A stretch of DNA of 64,000 nt, taken from the NCBI GenBank assembly GCA_048320885.1, contig JBLWFJ010000001.1, positions 5,633,697 to 5,697,696 on the forward strand, read 5' to 3'. Position numbers and translations under genes: made by a program. The notes below the pieces were generated by a model that searched no databases, was not told where the DNA came from, and saw only the letters and a program-made list of their open reading frames with translations. This DNA comes from Nannocystaceae bacterium ST9 (GTDB lineage Bacteria > Myxococcota_A > Polyangia > Nannocystales > Nannocystaceae). Below, piece by piece: positions 38,345 through 47,230 of this stretch (its first letter is position 1; each line of letters starts with the position of its first letter).

Positions 38345-38629
38345 ATGTGCCTGGGCGTGCCCGGGCAAGTGGTGGCGATCGTCGATCGCGATCGCGGGTT
38401 GGCGAGCGTCGACGTGTGTGGCGTGCGTCGGCAGATCAACCTCGCCTGCATCGTCGACGACGAGCACCCGATCGACGCGTGCGTCGGCGACTGGGTGCTG
38501 ATCCACGTCGGCTTCGCGCTGAGCCGGATCGACGCGGCCGAGGCCGAGGCCAGCTTGGCCCTGCTCGATCGGCTCGGCGAGCTGGCCAGCGAGCTCGACG
38601 CGCTGCGCGGGCGGGAGTCGGGGCCGTGA
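38345..38629 (+). CDS. hypC: Hydrogenase maturation factor HypC
   Basis: MCLGVPGQVVAI… N-terminal Cys2 signature. 94 aa. Confidence 0.85.
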   Translation: MCLGVPGQVVAIVDRDRGLASVDVCGVRRQINLACIVDDEHPIDACVGDWVLIHVGFALSRIDAAEAEASLALLDRLGELASELDALRGRESGP

Positions 38630-39780
38630 AGTACGTCGACGAATTTCGCGATCCCGAGCGAGCGCGCGCGTTGTTGGCCGCGATCGAGGGCTTGCTCGAT
38701 CGGATCCCCGCCGCCGCGATCCGACCGCTCGCGCTGATGGAGATCTGTGGCGGCCACACCCACGCGATCTTTCGCCATGGGCTCGACACCATGCTCCCGC
38801 CGGCGATCGAGTTCGTGCACGGGCCGGGCTGTCCGGTCTGCGTGTTGCCGATGGGCCGGGTCGACGACGCGGTCGCGATCGCCGAGACGCCGGGGGTGAT
38901 CTTCACGACCTTCGGCGACGCGCTGCGGGTGCCGGGCTCGCGCAAGAGCCTGGCCGAAGCCAAGGCCGGCGGCGCCGACGTGCGGATGGTCTACTCGCCG
39001 CTCGACGCCCTGGGCCTGGCTCGCGCCCACCCCGAGCGCGAGGTCGTGTTCTTCGCGCTCGGGTTCGAGACCACGATGCCGAGCACGGCGCTGACGGTGA
39101 TGCAGGCCAAGGCCGATCGGGTCGGCAACTTCTCGCTCTTCTGCAATCACATCACGATCGTCCCGACCCTCGCGGCGCTGCTCGATTCGCCCGACGTGCA
39201 GATCGACGGCTTCCTCGGGCCCGGCCATGTCAGCGTGGTGATCGGCAGCTCGCCCTACGAGTTCGTCGCGACCCGCCATCGCCGTCCGCTGGTCGTGACC
39301 GGGTTCGAGCCGCTCGACGTGCTGCAAGGGGTGTGGATGGTGCTCAGTCAGCTCGCGCGCGGCGAGGCACGGGTCGAGAATCAATACGCCCGAGTCTCGG
39401 CCGCGCAGGGCAACCCGGCCGCGCTCGCGGCGATCGCCGAGGTGTTCGAGCCGCGCGAGACCTTCGAATGGCGCGGGCTCGGATCGATCGCCGAGTCGGG
39501 CGTCCAGCTGCGCGCGGCCTGGGCCGAGTTCGACGCCGAGCGGCGCTTCGCGGTGCCCGGCGTGACCCACCGTGATCCCGAGGCCTGCCAGTGCGGCGAG
39601 GTCCTGCGCGGCGCGCTGCAACCATACGAGTGCCGAGTGTTCGGGACCGCGTGCACGCCCGAGACCCCGATGGGCGCGCTGATGGTCTCGTCCGAGGGCG
39701 CGTGCGCGGCCCACCATCGCTTCGGTCGGCTCGGCAAGCGCCTGCCGATCCTCGATCAGGCCGGAGCACGGCCGCGATGA
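38626..39780 (+). CDS. hypD: Hydrogenase maturation factor HypD
   Basis: GTG overlapping the hypC stop. …CGGHTHAIF…GPGCPVCV…FGD…CQCG…C… conserved HypD cysteine motifs. Confidence 0.9.
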   Translation: MKYVDEFRDPERARALLAAIEGLLDRIPAAAIRPLALMEICGGHTHAIFRHGLDTMLPPAIEFVHGPGCPVCVLPMGRVDDAVAIAETPGVIFTTFGDALRVPGSRKSLAEAKAGGADVRMVYSPLDALGLARAHPEREVVFFALGFETTMPSTALTVMQAKADRVGNFSLFCNHITIVPTLAALLDSPDVQIDGFLGPGHVSVVIGSSPYEFVATRHRRPLVVTGFEPLDVLQGVWMVLSQLARGEARVENQYARVSAAQGNPAALAAIAEVFEPRETFEWRGLGSIAESGVQLRAAWAEFDAERRFAVPGVTHRDPEACQCGEVLRGALQPYECRVFGTACTPETPMGALMVSSEGACAAHHRFGRLGKRLPILDQAGARPR

Positions 39781-40877
39781 GCCGGCGGCTCGGTCAGGTC
39801 GTCGCCACCCACGTCGCGATGGCCCATGGCGGCGGCGGCAAGGCCATGCACGATCTGATCGACGACGTGTTCGTGCGCGCGTTCGCGGACACCGACGAGC
39901 GCGCGCCGCTCGAGGATCAGGCCCGCCTCGATCTCGCCGAGCTGACCCGCCACGGTGATCGCCTGGCGTTCACGACCGACTCGTTCGTGGTCAGCCCGCT
40001 CGAGTTCCCCGGCGGCGACATCGGCAAGCTGGCGATCTGCGGGACGATCAACGACCTCGCGGTCGGCGGGGCCACGCCGCTCTACCTGACCTGCTCGGTG
40101 ATCGTCGAGGAGGGCCTGGCGATCGATCGACTGCGAGGCTTCGCGCGATCGATGGCGGAGACGGCTCGGGCCGCGGGCGTCCGCGTGGTCACGGGCGACA
40201 CCAAGGTCGTCGAGCGAGGCGCCTGCGATCAGCTCTTCATCAACACCGCGGGGATCGGCGTGATCGCTCGCGGCGTCGAGCTCGGCGTCGATCGAGCGCG
40301 GCCCGGCGACGCGATCCTGGTCAACGGCATGCTCGGCGATCACGGGGCGGCGATCCTCCAGGCGCGCGGCGACATGCAGCTCGACGCCGAGATCGCCAGC
40401 GACTGCGCGCCGCTGCATCGCTTGGTCGCGGCGCTGCTGGCCGCGGCTCCGGGCGCTCGCTTCGTCCGCGATGCCACCCGCGGCGGCGTGGCGACCGTGC
40501 TGGCCGAGCTCGCCGCGGGCTCGGGCGTCGACGTCGAGATCGACGAGCTCGCGCTGCCGATCCGACCGCAGGTGCGAGGGATCTGCGAGCTGCTCGGGCT
40601 CGAGCCGATCTACATGGCCAACGAGGGCAAGCTGGTCTGCGTGGTCCCGGCCGAGCAGGCCGAGGCCGCGCTCGCGGCTCTGCGCTCGCGCCCCGAGGGC
40701 GAGCACGCGGCCATGATCGGGCGAGTCGGGCGAGTCGGGCGAGTCGGTCGGGTAGGTCGAGTCGGTCGGGTCGAAGGCGACGATCGTCGACCCGGCCGCG
40801 TGGTCATGCGGACCGCGTTCGGCGGCCAGCGGATCGTCGACATGTTGGTCGGCGAGCAGCTGCCACGGATCTGCTGA
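39777..40877 (+). CDS. hypE: Hydrogenase maturation factor HypE (carrying a (GRV)5 insertion)
   Basis: ATG overlapping the hypD stop. PurM-like HypE motifs. C-terminal …PRIC. Contains GRVGRVGRVGRVGRV encoded by a 9-nt tandem repeat. Confidence 0.9.
   Translation: MSRRLGQVVATHVAMAHGGGGKAMHDLIDDVFVRAFADTDERAPLEDQARLDLAELTRHGDRLAFTTDSFVVSPLEFPGGDIGKLAICGTINDLAVGGATPLYLTCSVIVEEGLAIDRLRGFARSMAETARAAGVRVVTGDTKVVERGACDQLFINTAGIGVIARGVELGVDRARPGDAILVNGMLGDHGAAILQARGDMQLDAEIASDCAPLHRLVAALLAAAPGARFVRDATRGGVATVLAELAAGSGVDVEIDELALPIRPQVRGICELLGLEPIYMANEGKLVCVVPAEQAEAALAALRSRPEGEHAAMIGRVGRVGRVGRVGRVGRVEGDDRRPGRVVMRTAFGGQRIVDMLVGEQLPRIC
40719..40763 (+). repeat. 9-nt tandem repeat (~5 units) inside hypE encoding (GRV)5
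   Basis: gggcgagtcgggcgagtcgggcgagtcggtcgggtaggtcgagtcggtcgggtc. Confidence 0.7.
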
Positions 40878-40888
40878 CGCTCGGGTGG

Positions 40889-42313
40889 TCAGGGCACGGC
40901 CCAGAGCCGGAGCACGCCGCCTTGATCGAGCGTGACGAATTCCTGCCGACCGTCGCCGTCGCGATCGCCGACCGCGAACTCGAGGTTGCCGACGAAGGGC
41001 AGCGCCGCGATGCAGGCCGGCGTGTCGTTGGTCCAACCCCAGACCATCCGGCCCTCGCCGAGGTCGCTCAGCAGCAGGAAGTCGCCGTTGCCCTGCAGGT
41101 CGGCGACCGCCGACGAGCCGTAGCCGTTGGGCAGCTCGAGCAGGGCGTTCGACGCGTTGGCGATGTCCCAGCGCCCGACGTAGCCGGAGTCGCCTTGGTT
41201 GTAGACGACCAGCGGCTGACCGACCTGACCGTCGAACGCGGCGGCTTGCCACTCGCAGACCCCGGGCCCGAGCAGGTCGGGGTTGATCAGGGCCTGGGTC
41301 ATCGCCAAGTCCGGGCCGTGGAGCAGCGTGGCCGAGCAGCCCGTGCCGATCAGCAGGTCGGGCACGAGGTCCGGAGCGACCTGCACGACGTCGAGGTCGG
41401 TGGCGCCGTTGGGCCCGACCAGGATGTTGTTGGCGGTCAGCGTGGTCGGATCGGAGAACTGCGTGACGCGATCGAGGTCGAGCCGGAGCGCGAGCAGGCG
41501 ATCGGTGCCGTCGAGGTCGGGGTCGAAGCCGGTCGGGCGATCGACCAGCGGAGCAGCGGCGATTTCGCCCAACACGCTGAAGTCGCCGCTGCCTTCGCCG
41601 AGCGCGACGATGGCCGGGCCTGGCTGCTGATCGGGGAACCCGACCAGATCGATCGCCGCGTCGCCGTCGAGCGAGAGCGCGGTGAACTGTCGGATCGGCG
41701 CCGGCGGAGCCACCCAGGCCGTGAACACCACGCTCTCGTCGTCTTGGACGACCGAGACCCCGTTCGAGTGCAGGGCGATCAGCTCGTCGTCTTCGTCGCC
41801 GTCGACGTCGGCGAAGTGAACGTCGAACACCTGGTCGAGCGGCGGCAGCGGGATCTCGACCAGGGGCGGGCCCTCGCACTCGACCGGGAGCTCGGCGGGC
41901 GGCGGCGGAACGTACTGACAGTAGTTGTAGATGCAGAAGTACCCGGGCGCGCAGTCGTAGTCGGAGAAGCACTCGTACCAGGGGGCGTCGGAGTAGTCGG
42001 AGTAATCCGAGTAGGTCTCGGCGTAGTCCGAGTAGTCGGAGTAGTCCGAGTAGTCCGAGTAATCGGAGTAGTCGGAGTAGTCGGAGTAGTCCGAGTAGTC
42101 CGAGTACACGGTGGTCACGTCCTCGTAGACCATCGGCGCGCAGACCTCGTTGGCGCAGTAGTAGTTCGTGGGGCAGTCGGCATCGACCGTGCACTCGGGC
42201 CCGACGTCGTCGGCGTTCTCGTCGGCGGGGATCCCCGGCGGTCCACACGACGCGGCCGCCAACATCACGGCGGGAGGCAGGAGATTCCACTCTCGCGGGT
42301 CGAGGTGACGCAT
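40889..42313 (-). CDS. Lipoprotein with an (SDY)n tandem repeat and FG-GAP/VCBS-like repeats
   Basis: MRHLD…LAAASCG lipobox. Cys-rich knots. YSDYSDYSDY… (×~12). D-x-D-G-D and GDF/GNGDF-type repeats typical of integrin-alpha/FG-GAP. Confidence 0.6.
   Translation of the reverse strand: MRHLDPREWNLLPPAVMLAAASCGPPGIPADENADDVGPECTVDADCPTNYYCANEVCAPMVYEDVTTVYSDYSDYSDYSDYSDYSDYSDYSDYSDYAETYSDYSDYSDAPWYECFSDYDCAPGYFCIYNYCQYVPPPPAELPVECEGPPLVEIPLPPLDQVFDVHFADVDGDEDDELIALHSNGVSVVQDDESVVFTAWVAPPAPIRQFTALSLDGDAAIDLVGFPDQQPGPAIVALGEGSGDFSVLGEIAAAPLVDRPTGFDPDLDGTDRLLALRLDLDRVTQFSDPTTLTANNILVGPNGATDLDVVQVAPDLVPDLLIGTGCSATLLHGPDLAMTQALINPDLLGPGVCEWQAAAFDGQVGQPLVVYNQGDSGYVGRWDIANASNALLELPNGYGSSAVADLQGNGDFLLLSDLGEGRMVWGWTNDTPACIAALPFVGNLEFAVGDRDGDGRQEFVTLDQGGVLRLWAVP
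41983..42106 (-). repeat. 9-nt tandem repeat (~13 units) encoding (SDY)n
   Basis: gagtagtcggagtagtccgagtagtccgagtaatcggagtagtcggag… on the plus strand. Confidence 0.75.
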
Positions 42314-42377
42314 GGGCCGACAGTGCCATCGGTCCGTCGAGTCGATCGCCCAGCCGCGAAGAAAGCCGTCTGCGCGG

Positions 42378-42893
42378 TCATTGGATGCGCTTGTCCTTCA
42401 CGTCGACCAGGAACGAGACCCGGACCTCGAGCGTGTTCGCGCCGCTCGGCAGCCCGTCGACGATCGCATCGATCGTGAAGGTGGGCTGCCGAAACCAGGG
42501 CCCGAGATCGATCGGATCGATCGTCCACGTCGCGCAGCCGTCGGCCTCGACTCGACCGCGAGCGAACACCTGCGGACCGAGCTCGCCCGCGTCGATGCGC
42601 AGGTCCATGCTCGGGTAGGGCAGCCCGCAGCCGCCCGAGCCGTCGCCGACCTCGACCTCGCCGGCCTTCACCGCCTCGATCTCTTCGCGCGTCACCGCGT
42701 AGCGGCTGAGGCTCGGGCTCTCGGTCGGATCGACGTCGACCAGGCCGGGCAGGCGAACCTCGACCTGCTCGAGCGGCGCGTCGCCGCCGGGCAGCTCGGC
42801 GCCCGCGATCGCGTCGGCGTAGCCGAGCGAGGCTTCCTTCAGAGTCTGACAGCCGGCGAGCAGGAGCGGGGCCACGAGTACGAGCGAGCGCAT
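42378..42893 (-). CDS. Lipoprotein (hypothetical), last gene of the cco-associated string
   Basis: Internal ATG MRSLVLVAPLLLAGCQ (lipobox). 171 aa. Confidence 0.55.
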   Translation of the reverse strand: MRSLVLVAPLLLAGCQTLKEASLGYADAIAGAELPGGDAPLEQVEVRLPGLVDVDPTESPSLSRYAVTREEIEAVKAGEVEVGDGSGGCGLPYPSMDLRIDAGELGPQVFARGRVEADGCATWTIDPIDLGPWFRQPTFTIDAIVDGLPSGANTLEVRVSFLVDVKDKRIQ

Positions 42894-42969
42894 GGCCGCC
42901 ACGATAACAACGAGGCCGGTCCACTCGCGTGGGCCGGCCTCGAAAAGTCGCGGGTGATCGCGGGGCGGG

Positions 42970-43341
42970 CTACTGGACCATCTTGCGGATCTTCTTGACC
43001 AGCTGGTCTTGCACCGCGGGCTTGTCCTTGAGATCCGGGTTGGGGGCCATCGCCTCGTTGAGGCCGACCGAGGCGCCACCTTCGACCATGACCTTCTTGA
43101 GGCGGGCATCGTCGACGCTCGCCTGCCAGGCCGGATCCTTGAACGAGCGCGGCTTGACGGCCAGCGCCGCGGCGCCCGGGCCGTTGCCGCCACCGTCGGT
43201 GCCGTGGCAGGTCACGCAGCGCTCGTTCCAGACCTTGTTGGCTTCGGCGATCGCCTCGGCGTCGGCACCACCCTTGTCACCGCCTCCACAGGCGGAGAGC
43301 AGACCGACGAGCGCGAGCGAGGAAACGAAGAGGCGAGACAT
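42970..43341 (-). CDS. Monohaem c-type cytochrome lipoprotein
   Basis: MSRLFVSSLALVGLLSACGG lipobox. CVTCHG haem-binding site. A downstream Met as probable sixth ligand. Confidence 0.75.
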   Translation of the reverse strand: MSRLFVSSLALVGLLSACGGGDKGGADAEAIAEANKVWNERCVTCHGTDGGGNGPGAAALAVKPRSFKDPAWQASVDDARLKKVMVEGGASVGLNEAMAPNPDLKDKPAVQDQLVKKIRKMVQ

Positions 43342-43364
43342 CGGGACGGGTTCCTTCCTTGAAG

Positions 43365-43404
43365 TGCCGAGCGTGCTCGGCGGGCTGCCGAGTGTGCTCG
43401 GCGA
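43365..43404 (-). repeat. Two tandem copies of a 16-nt palindrome in the ccoI–cytochrome-c spacer (potential RNA hairpins)
   Basis: GCCGAGCGTGCTCGGCGGGCTGCCGAGTGTGCTCGGCGAG. Each unit is GCCGAGC-GTG-GCTCGGC. Confidence 0.5.
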
Positions 43405-43423
43405 GGGATTTGGCAGGCGCAGT

Positions 43424-45934
43424 CTAGGAACTTCGAGCCGGCCGGACAGTGTTTGCGGCGTGCAAGCTTTGCGTCGCGTCCTTCGTGGGTGTCACGAAGG
43501 TCCGCGCGAGCGCCGACGAGAGCAGCACGGTCAGCGAGCTCGCCGGCATCAGCAAGGCGGCCGTCAGCGGATCGATCCGACCGGCGAGCGCGAGGCTGGC
43601 GAAGAGCAGGTTGTAGATCAGCGAGAAGCCGAGGTTGCGATGGACGACGCGCATGGTCCGACGCGAGCCTTCGAAGAGCTCGGCGACCTCGGACACGCCC
43701 GGCCGCGCGAGGTGGACGTCGGCGACGCGCAGCGCGACCTCGGCCCCGCCGCGCACCGCCACGCCCACGCCGGCGGCACGCATCGCAGGGGCATCGTTCA
43801 CGCCGTCGCCGATCATCGCGACCGGGCCTGGCCACGCCGCGAGTTGCTCGGCCTTGGCTTCGGGCGAGCACGCGCCGGCTCGGTCGGTGATCTGCAGTCG
43901 CTCGGCCAGCGCGGCGACGGTTCGCGGGTGATCGCCCGAGCGGATCGCCAGCTGCAGACCGAGTCGACGCAGGCGCTCGAGCGCCGCGGGTGCGTCGGCG
44001 CGAGCGGTGTCGGCCAGGCTCAGCAGGGCGAGCGGATCACCCTCGCGCTCGACCAGCACCGCCGTCTCTCCGCGCGCGAGCGCGGGCTCGAGCACGCCGG
44101 CGAGCTCGCTCGGCAGGTCGTGACCGAGCCAGCCGACGCTGCCGACGCGAACTCGTGCACCCGCGATCGTCGCCGCGCGGCCGAGCCCCGGCAGCTCCTC
44201 GATCGCGGTGATCGAGGGCGTCGAGCTCGGACGACGCTCGGCCCAGCGACGCAGCGCCTGGGCGATCGGGTGGCCGCTCTCACCCTCGATCGCGCGCAGC
44301 AGCCCGGCCAGCTCGCGCTCGTCGATCGACCCGCGCATGGCGACGTCGACGACCCGCAGCTCGCCCTCGGTCAGCGTGCCGGTCTTGTCGAACACGGCGG
44401 TCTCGGTCTTGGCCAGCACCTCGATCGCGCCGGCCGAGGCGAACAAGATCCCGCGCTCGGCCGCGCGACCGCGGGCGACCGCGAGCGCGACCGGGGTTGC
44501 GAGCCCGAGCGCGCAGGGGCACGACACGACCAGCAGCGCGACCACGACCGCGAACGCGCGCTCGGGCGAGGTCGACCACCAGGCCAGGCCGCCGACCAGC
44601 GCGAGCAGCAAGACCGCGGCCACGAACCACCCGCTGATCCGATCGACCGTGCGCTGGATCGGCGCGCGGCTGCGATCGGCCTGCATGATCCGAGCGGCGA
44701 GCGAGCCGATCCGGGTCGCGTCGCCGGCCGCCTCGACGATCAGCTCGAGTCGACCCTGAAGGTTGCGGGTCCCGGCCAACACGTGATCGCCGACCTCGAC
44801 CGCGAGCGGCAGCGACTCGCCGGTCAGGCTGCTGGCGTCGACGCTGCCGCGGCCCGCGACCACGCGTGCGTCGGCGGGGATGCCTTCGCCGGGCAGCACG
44901 AGGATCGCGTCGCCGGGCGCCAGCGCGGTCGCGGCGACGTCTTCACCGCCGAGCCGGCGCGCGCGGGCAGGCAAGAGCCGTTGGAGCAGATCGGTCCGCG
45001 AGAGCGCCCATCGCTGACCGCGGCGTTGCACCCAGCGCCCGACCAGCAGCAGGAAGACCAGCACGCTGACCGAGTCGAAGTAGACCTCGCGATGATCGAA
45101 GGGGTCGCCGCCGATCGTCGCGATCACGCTGGCCACGAACCCGCCGATCAGGCCGAGCGCGATCGGCAGATCGATGTGCAGTCGACCCATGCGCAGGCCG
45201 GCCCACGCGGCCCGATAGAAGGGCATCGCCGCCCAGGTCAGGGCCGGCAGCGCGAGCAGCAGCGCGGCCCATTCGAAAAAGCGGGTCCAGCCGGCGTCCA
45301 TGTCCTGCAGGCCGCCCGCATAGAGGGCGACGCTGACCAGCATGACGTTGCCGGCCGAGGCTCCGGCGACCGCGATCCGGATCAGCTCGCGCCGTCGCTC
45401 GCGTCGCTCGGCGGCCTCGGCCTCGGCGTCGATCGCATGGACCTCGTAGCCGGCGCGATGCAAGAACGCGGCGATCGCCGAGAGCCGGAGGCGAGCGGGA
45501 TCCCACTCGACGACCAGGCGAGCCGTGCCGGCCTCGCGCCCGCGCTTGGCCGCGCCCGACCAACCGACCCTCGCCGTGCGCACGCCGGGCAGGACCTCGG
45601 GCAGCCGCTCGATCAGCCACACGCACGCGGCACAGTGCAGGCCGACCAGGTGCAGCTCGGCGCGCCCGGGCTTGCCCTCGCCGATCGCCTGCTGCACGCG
45701 AGCGTCGTCGAGGTGGGCGAACCCGGGCAGCTCGGCGGCCTGCTCGGCGCGAGTCAGGCCGGGCGCGAGCGCGTCGCCTTCGAGTCGCTCGCGCAGGTCG
45801 TAGTAGTGATCGAGGCCGACCTCGTGCAGCAGCTCCCAGACGGTCTTGCAGCCGGCGCAGCAGAAGCTCGGCAGGCCGCTCGGGCTCGCGGGCGCCGGCA
45901 GTCCACAGTGAGCGCAGGGCGTGGTCGTGGCCAT
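43424..45934 (-). CDS. ccoI: Copper-translocating P1B-type ATPase CcoI/FixI
   Basis: N-terminal CAHCGLP…CCAGC metal-binding. CPC in TM6. DKTGTLT phosphorylation motif. GDGVNDAP hinge. Confidence 0.9.
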   Translation of the reverse strand: MATTTPCAHCGLPAPASPSGLPSFCCAGCKTVWELLHEVGLDHYYDLRERLEGDALAPGLTRAEQAAELPGFAHLDDARVQQAIGEGKPGRAELHLVGLHCAACVWLIERLPEVLPGVRTARVGWSGAAKRGREAGTARLVVEWDPARLRLSAIAAFLHRAGYEVHAIDAEAEAAERRERRRELIRIAVAGASAGNVMLVSVALYAGGLQDMDAGWTRFFEWAALLLALPALTWAAMPFYRAAWAGLRMGRLHIDLPIALGLIGGFVASVIATIGGDPFDHREVYFDSVSVLVFLLLVGRWVQRRGQRWALSRTDLLQRLLPARARRLGGEDVAATALAPGDAILVLPGEGIPADARVVAGRGSVDASSLTGESLPLAVEVGDHVLAGTRNLQGRLELIVEAAGDATRIGSLAARIMQADRSRAPIQRTVDRISGWFVAAVLLLALVGGLAWWSTSPERAFAVVVALLVVSCPCALGLATPVALAVARGRAAERGILFASAGAIEVLAKTETAVFDKTGTLTEGELRVVDVAMRGSIDERELAGLLRAIEGESGHPIAQALRRWAERRPSSTPSITAIEELPGLGRAATIAGARVRVGSVGWLGHDLPSELAGVLEPALARGETAVLVEREGDPLALLSLADTARADAPAALERLRRLGLQLAIRSGDHPRTVAALAERLQITDRAGACSPEAKAEQLAAWPGPVAMIGDGVNDAPAMRAAGVGVAVRGGAEVALRVADVHLARPGVSEVAELFEGSRRTMRVVHRNLGFSLIYNLLFASLALAGRIDPLTAALLMPASSLTVLLSSALARTFVTPTKDATQSLHAANTVRPARSS

Positions 45935-45935
45935 G

Positions 45936-46736
45936 TCAGTGGCAAGGGGCGTCGCGTGGCGGCGCGGGCTCGGTGTTCGCGGGCTCGGTGTTCGCCGGCT
46001 CGCGCGTCGCCGGCTCGCTCGCGACCTCGCTCGTGGTGGGCTCGTGGGTCGGCATCGGCCCGAGCTTGCCGGCCAGGCTGAGCAGGCCGAGCGTCAGCAT
46101 CAGCGCGGCGCTGATCCGCGGCGCGTGACGACCGAGCCGACGGCCGAGCTCGCCGGCCAGCAGCCCGACGCCGAGCAGCGCGGGCAAGCTGCCGGCCCAG
46201 AACACCAGCATCGCGAACGCGCCGCGCGGCGGGCTGCCGGTGCCGGCCGCGAAGAGCAAGTAGGCCCACAGCCACCCGCAAGGCAGCAGCGCGGTCAACA
46301 AGCCGGCGGCCGCCGAGGCCCGCAGCCCGCGTTCGCGCAGCGATCGAGTCAGGCTCAGGCGAGCGCGCGCGAGCAGACCGACGCGCTCGCCTCGGCGTGC
46401 GCCCAGCGAGATCAGCGGATCGGGGACCGGCGCGCGGCGTGGCCAGAGCGACGCGATCGCGAGCACGATCAGCGAGAGCCCCATCAATGGCCCGGCGATC
46501 CGCTGCAACCCGAGCAGCGCGCCGCCTTGCTCGAGCCCGGCGCCGAGCAGTCCCGCGAGCGCGCCGAGCAGCACGTAGGTGCCTCCGCGCGTGGCTTGAT
46601 AGACGAGCGTCGGCGCGAACCGGCGACGATCTTCGCGTGGGCCGGCGCCCGCGACCACGGCCACGAAGCCGCCGCACATGCCGACGCAGTGCAGGCTGCC
46701 CAGCATGCTGGCCAGGAAGATCGCGGCCCAGCTCAT
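45936..46736 (-). CDS. TauE/SafE-like membrane protein with an HCVGMCGG motif (cco-cluster-associated)
   Basis: Internal ATG MSWAAIFLASMLGSLHCVGMCGGFVAV… Polytopic. C-terminal Pro/Thr/Glu-rich tail. Its stop is 1 nt from the ccoI ATG. Confidence 0.6.
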   Translation of the reverse strand: MSWAAIFLASMLGSLHCVGMCGGFVAVVAGAGPREDRRRFAPTLVYQATRGGTYVLLGALAGLLGAGLEQGGALLGLQRIAGPLMGLSLIVLAIASLWPRRAPVPDPLISLGARRGERVGLLARARLSLTRSLRERGLRASAAAGLLTALLPCGWLWAYLLFAAGTGSPPRGAFAMLVFWAGSLPALLGVGLLAGELGRRLGRHAPRISAALMLTLGLLSLAGKLGPMPTHEPTTSEVASEPATREPANTEPANTEPAPPRDAPCH

Positions 46737-47230
46737 TTCGCCTCCGCGACGTCGAGCTGCGCGAGGTCCAGCCAGCGGCGCGCGCTGAACTGCTCGCCGC
46801 TCGGATCTTCGAGCGCGACGGTCAACTCGTAGAGCCCCGCGCTCGGGATCGCCGGCTCGCCGCGATAGCGACCCTCGCCGCGCTCGACCAAGCTCAGCTC
46901 GTGGTCGTCGCCGCGATCCGCCCGGCGCAGCGTCACGCTGCCGCGCAGGCCCGCGAGCGGCCGCTGCTCGGCGTCGACGATCGTGAGCTCGAGCGCCTGG
47001 CCCTCGCGCGCGAGCGCGGCGATCGACCAGCCGAGCTCGCGGCTGTGCGCGCGGCGTTCGAGCTCCTGCTCCCAGGCCAGCGACTCGGCCCAGTGATCCA
47101 CGCTGGCCGGCAGCGAGGGATGCGAGAGCGCGATGCCGATCATGATCAGGTTGGTGATCACCACGCCGCTCAGCCCGGCGATCACGGCGATCGGTCCGCG
47201 CCAGCTGCCTCGTTCGTCGTCGCGGCTCAT
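46733..47230 (-). CDS. ccoH: cbb3 oxidase assembly protein CcoH/FixH
   Basis: Single N-terminal TM (IAVIAGLSGVVITNLIMIGIAL), then a periplasmic domain. Sits between ccoG and the TauE-like gene with overlapping start/stop. Confidence 0.75.
   Translation of the reverse strand: MSRDDERGSWRGPIAVIAGLSGVVITNLIMIGIALSHPSLPASVDHWAESLAWEQELERRAHSRELGWSIAALAREGQALELTIVDAEQRPLAGLRGSVTLRRADRGDDHELSLVERGEGRYRGEPAIPSAGLYELTVALEDPSGEQFSARRWLDLAQLDVAEAK

Noticed and set aside
35947-39717. 1256-aa minus ORF antisense to hypF/hypC/hypD
   Set aside because: The plus strand encodes canonical HypF/C/D. The antisense translation has no domain signatures.
39756-42329. 857-aa minus ORF antisense to hypE and in an alternate frame of the SDY-repeat gene
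   Set aside because: Poly-Arg/Leu low-complexity translation. It conflicts with the well-supported hypE and lipoprotein frames.
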